Shown here one piece after another: positions 57,362 through 64,000 of a DNA stretch of 64,000 nt (position 1 is its first letter; every line of letters begins with the position of its first letter). Source of the stretch: Gammaproteobacteria bacterium (GTDB lineage Bacteria; Pseudomonadota; Gammaproteobacteria; Ga0077536); assembly GCA_963662545.2 (NCBI GenBank), contig CAXXLL010000003.1:1344001-1408000 (forward strand), read 5' to 3'. The notes under the pieces were generated by a model that did no database searches, was not told the DNA's origin, and saw only the letters and a program-made list of their open reading frames with translations. The translations under genes were made by a program, and so were the position numbers.

Positions 57362-58354
57362 ATGCCGAGAATCGTACGCTTTCATCAGACCGGCGCGGCC
57401 GAGGTCCTGCAACTGGATGACCTGCCGATGCCGGACGCTGCCGAGGGTGAGGTGGTGTTGAACGTCGAGGCATTCGGTTTGAATCGCGCGGAAATCATGT
57501 TTCGTCGCGGCGAATATCCGCAGTATGCGCCCGAGTTACCCTCGACCATTGGATACGAAGCGGCGGGGACGGTGGCCGCCGTGGGTGCCGGCGTAACGGC
57601 GTTCAAAGTCGGTGACCGTATCAGCACCATTCCATCGTTCAAAATGGGCCGCTACTGGAGCTACGGCGAGGTTGCTCGCGTGCCGGTGCACGCCGCGGCC
57701 TCTTATCCGAAATGCCTGTCAGTGATCGAAGCGAGCGCGATCTGGATGCCTTACATGACAACCTACGGCGCACTGATCGAATACGGCAGGCTTGCCGCGG
57801 GCGAACATATCGTTATCACGGCCGCGAGCAGCAGTGTCGGCATTGCCGCCATACAGATGGCCAGAAGCTTGGGCGCCGTTCCCATTGCGGTCACGCGCGG
57901 CTCAGACAAGCGCGATTTCATCGTTGCCCAGCGACCCGCGCACGTCATCGTTAGCTCCGAGGAAGACGTCGCAGATCGGATCCTGGAGATCACGCACGGC
58001 AGGGGTGCGGAAATGATTTTCGATCCGGTGTCGGGGCCGCAGGTGGCGGAACTTTGCCGCGCGATTGCTTACCAGGGACGTATATTCGTCTACGGCCGTC
58101 TCGATGCGGAGACGACGCCTTTCCCCGTCGGGCTCGGTCTCGCCAAAGGATTGACGATGCGCGGATATTCGTTGTTCGAGGTAGTCAATTTTCCACCGGT
58201 CTTCGAGCGTGCGAAACGACACGTCTTCGACGGCCTCGAACGCGGTGATTATCACCCCGTAATCGACTCCACGTTTTCCCTCGAAGAGGTCGTCGAAGCC
58301 CATCGCCACATGGCGTCCAATACCCAAAAGGGCAAGATCGTCGTCACCGTGTAA
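57362..58354 (+). CDS. MDR-family (zinc-free) NADPH:quinone oxidoreductase-like protein
   Basis: GLNRAE, GYEAAG, ITAASSSVG.AAIQ, FDPV.G and EAHR.M.SN...GKIVV. Confidence 0.9.
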   Translation: MPRIVRFHQTGAAEVLQLDDLPMPDAAEGEVVLNVEAFGLNRAEIMFRRGEYPQYAPELPSTIGYEAAGTVAAVGAGVTAFKVGDRISTIPSFKMGRYWSYGEVARVPVHAAASYPKCLSVIEASAIWMPYMTTYGALIEYGRLAAGEHIVITAASSSVGIAAIQMARSLGAVPIAVTRGSDKRDFIVAQRPAHVIVSSEEDVADRILEITHGRGAEMIFDPVSGPQVAELCRAIAYQGRIFVYGRLDAETTPFPVGLGLAKGLTMRGYSLFEVVNFPPVFERAKRHVFDGLERGDYHPVIDSTFSLEEVVEAHRHMASNTQKGKIVVTV

Positions 58355-58512
58355 GCCCCGGCGATCCGTTCACCGGTGTGATCGACCACACCGGCGTGAC
58401 GTATGGCAGGCGCGCGTCAAGACTGTCGTCACCTGCACGCGCGAGGAGCAACAACAATGAGAGCGGCAGAGTTCGTCTAGCGCGGCCGGATCGCCGCCTC
58501 CGTTAAGAGGCG

Positions 58513-60831
58513 CTACGCCGTCGAGCCTTTCACGCGCCAGGTATAACTGTCCTTCATCGCCGGCGCCGGTTCTTTCGAGATGGGGAATGGCGTCGGATCG
58601 GCGAAACGATCGAGGACGTTCTTGGTAATCCGCGAGACGTTGTTGTCGTGATTGTTCCACGGCAAGCTGCCTACCCAGGCCATTGATGAGACGGAGAACA
58701 CCGCGCCGCCGTTCGGCGTCTCGTAGAAACACAGATCGCCGCGGACGAATTCATTTTCCTGGCCGCCGCTGCCGGGTGTGTTGAACAGCAGATCCTCAAC
58801 CACGACGAGATAGGTATCCGTGTGGTTCTCCGAGGAGGCCAGGCACAGCGCGTGGGGCGGCGTGCCGAACTCGCGTTCGACCCGATCCACTTCCAGACCG
58901 GCGGCGCCGCCGCCGATCAGACCAAAATCGCCGATCAACTCGTCCTTTTCGATGCCCTCGAAAACGAACTCGGCGCGCGTATTGAAGCTATCGGGGTTGC
59001 GCCGGTAATAAGTCGATATGTCGAAGCCTTCCGCCGAGAAGCCGACGCCGGCCATAACGTTCGGGCCGGAGCGTCCCTGGCGCCGCCACAGACCACTGTA
59101 TTCGCCCGTGAATCCCGTGTAGTACTCACCGCTCTTCGGCGCCCAGGCGCGGCTGCCGCCTTCCGCCCTGCGGATCTCGATGACGCCCGGCTTGCTGTTG
59201 TGATAGGAAACGCGCCAGTAGAACCCGTTGCCGCCCATGTACATGAGACGTCCGCCCTGGTGGGTGTAGTCGAACACGGCCTCGAACATGTTCTTCGAAT
59301 AGTATTCGGGATGCGACCCGGTGAGGATGACGTGATAAGGCTTGAGCACATCCGTGCCGCCGTAATGCACGTCTTCGTCGGTGATGACGTCGAAATCGTA
59401 AGCCATGGCCTCGAGCCACACCGTCAAGTGGGTGTCGGCGTTGAACTGCCACAGCTGCGAGCCGTCACCGCCCAGCATGGTCTGGATCTTCGGCCGCATG
59501 TTGAGTACGGGCCGCAGGCGCGAGGAAATGTGAACCCCCGTGCCGTCCGCATGGCGGTCGTATAAGGAATGGCCGTATTCGCGGTGTTCGTTTAAGAAGA
59601 TATGGTGCTTGTCGAGCTCGACGTTGCGGTGCGTCATGATCTCGGCCACCCAGGGATCGGTCGCGAAGTGCTCGTTGGCGTATGCCTTGTAGCTCGTGAT
59701 CGGGAAAATAAAGCAGATCTTCTTTTCCTTGCCGGGCTTCGGCCTGACGACGAAGGGCATGTATTCCTCGTCGTTGCCCGCACGAACGCGCGCCGCGTAA
59801 AGACCGCTCTTCATGGAGGCAGGGATCTTGAGCTTGAAATCGATGTCCCATCCGGCGTCGTAGACATCGTCCTCGTGAAACTTGATGGCCCCGTACTGCT
59901 CGCGCGCGTGAATCCAGCGCTGTTCTTCTCCCGTCCAGTTGTAGCCCGTCACGCCGCGGGTTGGCAAATGGACGACCTGGCCATTGAGACGGTGGCTCGA
60001 GATATCTGTGATCGTATCCTCAGAGATGTCGATCGAGAAATCCCAGGCGGCGATCATGCGGTTTTTCAGCGTCGTCGGCGCCTTGCGTGACAGGATCATT
60101 TCCATTTCGACGCGGCTCAACACGCCCTCGACGATCGCTGGGCTGTCGAGTTTGCCGTTGAAGTAGGCGCTGCCGATCGCGACGTCACCGCGCGGGGTTG
60201 GGGCCTCGTAGAAGGCCGCCATCATGAGCGGCGCCTTGTTCTTGGCCGGCTTGAACGCGACCTTGCCCTGCGCGACGCCCTGGTCGTCGATGGTGGGGTA
60301 CTCCACCATCGGTTCCTGGTAGACAGTGACCTTCTTCGAACGGGCGTTGAAACTCGCGGCGGCGAAATACCATTCGTACTCGACCATCGGTTTACCGACC
60401 GCGACTGTGTCGACCTTGCCCTTGCCGTCGCCTACGACGAAAGCAATGCCGCCGGACTCGTCAATGACCAGGGCCCAGCCACGCTTGTCCGCGTTCGAGA
60501 ATTTTGACACCAGCGCCTGCATGCCCTTGCGCGGCGTCGAAGGCCACACCATCACCTGCACCGTGAAATTACCCAGAGATTCAAGCGGTCCGGAGCTTGG
60601 GACCATGGCGTAGGAGCCGGCGTGGATCGTCTGTTTGCGACCGCGGTAGGTACCGCTGGCCGGCGTGTCGATGACCTCTTCGATGATGCCGGGACCTTGC
60701 GGGTTCAGGTCACCGGAAATGACGCGGATGATGTCCGCCTGGTATTCAAAATGCTCGCAATTGACCATGAAACTGATCGTATCGCCAGGTTTGACACTGA
60801 TCTCATCGCTGTATCCGGTTATTTTTAGCAT
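58513..60831 (-). CDS. N,N-dimethylformamidase large (beta) subunit-like protein
   Basis: ITGY.D..SV.PG..I.F, LamG-like region, YGAI.FHEDD, SY.AYANE, SLYD.H.DG, GSHPEY.S, YMGGNGFYW and GGAAGLEVD. Confidence 0.88.
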   Translation of the reverse strand: MLKITGYSDEISVKPGDTISFMVNCEHFEYQADIIRVISGDLNPQGPGIIEEVIDTPASGTYRGRKQTIHAGSYAMVPSSGPLESLGNFTVQVMVWPSTPRKGMQALVSKFSNADKRGWALVIDESGGIAFVVGDGKGKVDTVAVGKPMVEYEWYFAAASFNARSKKVTVYQEPMVEYPTIDDQGVAQGKVAFKPAKNKAPLMMAAFYEAPTPRGDVAIGSAYFNGKLDSPAIVEGVLSRVEMEMILSRKAPTTLKNRMIAAWDFSIDISEDTITDISSHRLNGQVVHLPTRGVTGYNWTGEEQRWIHAREQYGAIKFHEDDVYDAGWDIDFKLKIPASMKSGLYAARVRAGNDEEYMPFVVRPKPGKEKKICFIFPITSYKAYANEHFATDPWVAEIMTHRNVELDKHHIFLNEHREYGHSLYDRHADGTGVHISSRLRPVLNMRPKIQTMLGGDGSQLWQFNADTHLTVWLEAMAYDFDVITDEDVHYGGTDVLKPYHVILTGSHPEYYSKNMFEAVFDYTHQGGRLMYMGGNGFYWRVSYHNSKPGVIEIRRAEGGSRAWAPKSGEYYTGFTGEYSGLWRRQGRSGPNVMAGVGFSAEGFDISTYYRRNPDSFNTRAEFVFEGIEKDELIGDFGLIGGGAAGLEVDRVEREFGTPPHALCLASSENHTDTYLVVVEDLLFNTPGSGGQENEFVRGDLCFYETPNGGAVFSVSSMAWVGSLPWNNHDNNVSRITKNVLDRFADPTPFPISKEPAPAMKDSYTWRVKGSTA

Positions 60832-60923
60832 TGTCCCCTCTCCCCATGTTCCTCCAGTGCCTTACGATTTGCTTGCGCGTTGCGCCCCGCTGAGCGTTCA
60901 TGCCATGCCGCATCCGCCGTTTA

Positions 60924-61229
60924 TTACAGCGCGTTGCCCGTGTGCCGCTGCCAGCGGAGCTTGAAGATCTCCCACTCGCCGTCTTTGCGGTTTTTGACGC
61001 GGATGTTCAAAAGCTTGGGCGGCAGTCCCCGACCCTGCATCTCGGCGACCACCCACTGCTCGTGCGGCTTGTCGATGATGAGGCAGTATTTACCGTCAAT
61101 CGGCTCGCCGCGCATGCGGTTCAGGAGTCGAATCAGTTCGGGCGGGTGGATGCCGACGGGCTTTTCCTTGAACGTTTCTATCCACTTTCGATCGTCGTCG
61201 GTAATCTGGTATCGCGTCATCGTCGTCAT
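60924..61229 (-). CDS. N,N-dimethylformamidase small (alpha) subunit-like protein
   Basis: F...P.G.H...L.RLLN.MR and EW.IF..RW. Co-oriented directly upstream of the large subunit, RBS GAGGA. Confidence 0.75.
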   Translation of the reverse strand: MTTMTRYQITDDDRKWIETFKEKPVGIHPPELIRLLNRMRGEPIDGKYCLIIDKPHEQWVVAEMQGRGLPPKLLNIRVKNRKDGEWEIFKLRWQRHTGNAL

Positions 61230-61428
61230 GACGGAGTTCCTCTTGTCCGCTCTGTGGATCCGTTCATGCTACATGGCCCCCTGCGTGGAGGTAAACTTCC
61301 AGATATGCGATGGTTCGATCCTCGAATCGAGATGTGCCGATAATAGCGATTCGCGGCTTGGGTGGGACGAATCACCGTCTACAGGCGGCCACCCGGCCAC
61401 CGCTTCAACCAGCCTGAAGGAACCCGCC

Positions 61429-62886
61429 ATGCTGAAATCGGGACAGGAGCATCTGGAAAAGCTTCGCGACGGCCGCGTCGTCTATATCGGCCGCGAGAAG
61501 GTCGACGATGTCACGACCCACCCCGTGTTCGCCAACGCCGCGCGCACCATCGCCGCCGTCTACGATTTCAAGGCCGATCCCTCGAACCGTGACCTCATGA
61601 GCTTCGAGGAGGCCGGCGAGCCTTATTCAAAGTACTTCCTGCAGGCGCGCACCCGCGACGACCTGCGCCAGCGCTACCGTGCGCACGCGGCCATCGCCGA
61701 CCTGACATACGGGCTGCTAGGGCGCAGCCAGGATCACGTCGCCTCGTTCGTCACGGGCATGGCGATCATGCCTGCGGAGTTCGACGTCGGCGAGCGAAAG
61801 TTCGGCGCGAATATTTCGAGCTACTACCGTTATATGCGGGAGAACGACATCTACGCTGCCTACGCGGTGCTGCCACCACAGGCTGCGCGCAATCCCGAGT
61901 TCTACGTCAAGAACAACCTGCCGATCCCGAGTTTGCAGGTGGTCGAGGAAAACGACGACGGCATCGTCATCGACGGCATGAAAATGCTCGCCACCGGCGG
62001 CATCTTCGCCGATGAAATCTGGATCGGAAATCTCCTGCCGCTGGCGCCCGACCAGGTTAAACAAGCAGTCACCTGCGCGATCCCCGTCAACGCCCCCGGG
62101 GTCACCCTGTGGTCACGCCAATCGCTGTCGACCCATACGAGTAACGAGTTCGATGGGCCGCTCGCCTGGCGATACGACGAAACCGATGCCATGGTGATGT
62201 GTCGTCGCGTCAAGGTGCCGTGGGAACGGGTATTCGTACTCGACGACGCGATCAAGGCGCGCGGCATCTATATCGAGACGCCCGGCCATTGTTACGGCAA
62301 TCATCAGGCCAACGTCCGCTTTCTGTCGAAGCTGCGCCTGATCGTCGGCGTCGCGAGCAAAGTCGCCGCCTCGACCGGCGCGGACCAGATACCCGCTGTG
62401 CGCGAAACCCTGGGCAATCTCGCCGCGCTTTATTCGACGCTCGACGGCATGATCCAGGGTCAGATCGAGGCCGCGGAACGATGGCCCGATGGCTACCTGA
62501 GCTTCAATCGACCGATGATGTATGCCGCGCTCAACTGGTGCACGCAGAATCATTCGGCCATCATCGATTGCCTGCGGGAACTCTGCGGCGGCGGCGTATT
62601 CCAGATGCCGGCGTCGGTGGACGTGATGCACGACGAGGAACTGGCCGAGCAGTTCGAGACCTATTGGCAGACGCCGCAGATGAGCGCGCTGGATCGCATC
62701 AAATTATTCAAACTCGCCTGGGATCTCTTCGGCAGCGAGTTCGCGGGCCGACACCAGAGTTACGAAAAATTCTATGCCGGTGCGTCGTTTATCATCCGCA
62801 ACCACAGCTATCGCGAAGCGGACTGGGACCGCTTCCATGCATACGCCGACCGGCTGCTCGGCAGCTACGGCGTACCTGAACGATGA
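61429..62886 (+). CDS. 4-hydroxyphenylacetate 3-hydroxylase (HpaB)-family flavin monooxygenase, oxygenase component
   Basis: MLKSG.E.L..LRDGR.VY, DVTTHP.F, GRS.DH, G.KMLAT, RYDETD and KLAWD..GSEFAGR...YE.FY.G. True start placed at ATG 61429. Confidence 0.92.
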   Translation: MLKSGQEHLEKLRDGRVVYIGREKVDDVTTHPVFANAARTIAAVYDFKADPSNRDLMSFEEAGEPYSKYFLQARTRDDLRQRYRAHAAIADLTYGLLGRSQDHVASFVTGMAIMPAEFDVGERKFGANISSYYRYMRENDIYAAYAVLPPQAARNPEFYVKNNLPIPSLQVVEENDDGIVIDGMKMLATGGIFADEIWIGNLLPLAPDQVKQAVTCAIPVNAPGVTLWSRQSLSTHTSNEFDGPLAWRYDETDAMVMCRRVKVPWERVFVLDDAIKARGIYIETPGHCYGNHQANVRFLSKLRLIVGVASKVAASTGADQIPAVRETLGNLAALYSTLDGMIQGQIEAAERWPDGYLSFNRPMMYAALNWCTQNHSAIIDCLRELCGGGVFQMPASVDVMHDEELAEQFETYWQTPQMSALDRIKLFKLAWDLFGSEFAGRHQSYEKFYAGASFIIRNHSYREADWDRFHAYADRLLGSYGVPER

Positions 62887-62953
62887 AGCACCAGTCCTCG
62901 CTCCGCGATTCGGGCATAATCACAAAAGTATAGCGAGGGGGGGGGCTTACCCA

Positions 62954-63286
62954 ATGGCGGACGATAACAGCGGTCAAGCGAAGATCATCTATATCCTTTA
63001 CCTTGCCGGATTCATCGTCGGCATCACACCGCTGATCGGCATCGTGATGGCCTACATGAACCGCGGCGAAGGCCCGGATTGGGTTCAAAGTCATTACCAG
63101 TGGCAGATCAGAACGTTTTGGATCGGGCTGTTATACGGGTTTGCCGGTATTTTGAGCATTTTCATTCTGATCGGGTTTCTCTTACTGTTACTGATGTCCG
63201 TGTGGTACATCGTCCGTTGTGTGAAGGGCTTGATGGCCCTCGACAAGCAAAAGCCTATCGACAACGTAGAAACATGGCTCTGGTAA
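62954..63286 (+). CDS. DUF4870-like membrane protein
   Basis: IYILY.......IT.LIG..MAY, SHY.WQIRTFW and W.I.RC.KG. Confidence 0.85.
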   Translation: MADDNSGQAKIIYILYLAGFIVGITPLIGIVMAYMNRGEGPDWVQSHYQWQIRTFWIGLLYGFAGILSIFILIGFLLLLLMSVWYIVRCVKGLMALDKQKPIDNVETWLW

Positions 63287-63326
63287 AGATAGCGGCTAGG
63301 AATGCCGTTTGATAATAAGTTGGAAT

Positions 63327-63974
63327 ATGGACGATATCGAAATCTACGCCAAGCAGGGTTTTGGCAACAGCTCGGGGTTCGGCAACAAGCTGGCGCTGTT
63401 GATCGTCGACTTCGTCAACGGGTTCAATGATCCGGATCTATTCGGGGGCGGCAATATCGCGCCCGCCATCGCGAAGACGCAGACCCTGCTCAAAGTGGCG
63501 CGCGAAAAGAAGCTCCCCGTCGCTTTCACGCGCGTGGTCTATGCCGATGATGGCTCGGACTTGGGCGTTTTCGGCATGAAGGCGAACGGCCTGGTAAAGC
63601 TGACGGAGGACTCGCCCGTCAGCCAGATCGTGCCCGAGCTGACGCCGGAGAGCGGCGAATACATCGTACGCAAGACGCAGCCCTCGGCCTTTTTCGGCAC
63701 CGGCCTCGCTGGCTGGTTCGTGAGCAAGGGGATAGACACGGTCATCGTAACGGGCTGCACGACATCGGGATGCGTGCGGGCGTCGGTGGTCGATTCCATG
63801 AGTTACAACTTCCGCACGATCGTTGCCAGTGACGGCGTCGGCGACCGCGCGATAGGCCCGCACGAAGCGAACCTGTTCGATATGGGCCAGAAGTACGCCG
63901 ATCTCATGACCTGCGGTGAAATCCTCGCGCACCTGGAAAAAGAGCGCGCGGGCGGCGCGAAAAAGGTCGCTTAG
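63327..63974 (+). CDS. Isochorismatase-family cysteine amidohydrolase (NicF/N-carbamoylsarcosine amidase-like)
   Basis: Catalytic triad in LLIVDF, RKTQPSAFFGT and GCTTSGCVRAS. C-terminal PHEANLFD...KYAD. Confidence 0.9.
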   Translation: MDDIEIYAKQGFGNSSGFGNKLALLIVDFVNGFNDPDLFGGGNIAPAIAKTQTLLKVAREKKLPVAFTRVVYADDGSDLGVFGMKANGLVKLTEDSPVSQIVPELTPESGEYIVRKTQPSAFFGTGLAGWFVSKGIDTVIVTGCTTSGCVRASVVDSMSYNFRTIVASDGVGDRAIGPHEANLFDMGQKYADLMTCGEILAHLEKERAGGAKKVA

Positions 63975-64000
63975 TTCGCTAAGTAAAGCGGCGTTCCGAG

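Noticed and set aside
60880-61428. 183-aa N-terminal extension of the HpaB-like ORF
   Set aside because: It overlaps the DMFase small subunit on the other strand. Family similarity and an RBS (GAAGGA) point to ATG 61429.

Overview
GC-rich, gene-dense bacterial chromosomal segment. rsxC, DUF4426 and a diheme c4 cytochrome suggest a gammaproteobacterium-like organism (inference). It is dominated by catabolic enzymes: acetone-carboxylase-like alpha/gamma subunits, a Rieske oxygenase alpha/beta pair, a PQQ quinohemoprotein dehydrogenase, two luciferase-like monooxygenases, a NicX-like dioxygenase, two xanthine-oxidase-family Mo enzymes, two amidases, a dimethylformamidase-like pair, an HpaB-like monooxygenase, a NicF-like amidohydrolase and several acyl-CoA enzymes. 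It also carries an Ada-AlkA/Ogt repair pair. The most unusual items are (1) an alternative complex III (ACIII) locus with a split, QrcB-like ActB, whose pentaheme actA sits on the opposite strand directly ahead of a solitary rnfC; (2) a solitary wHTH-DNA methyltransferase preceded by a perfect palindrome made of two GACGTC sites; (3) a dispersed family of GGGG(T/A)CA-type palindromes abutting gene remnants and accessory genes, plus a GTAG-type REP pair and a 165-bp MITE; and (4) several proteins that have lost hallmark residues. I saw no rRNA, tRNA, CRISPR array or intact transposase. All functional calls come from motif recognition by eye; no database searches were run.
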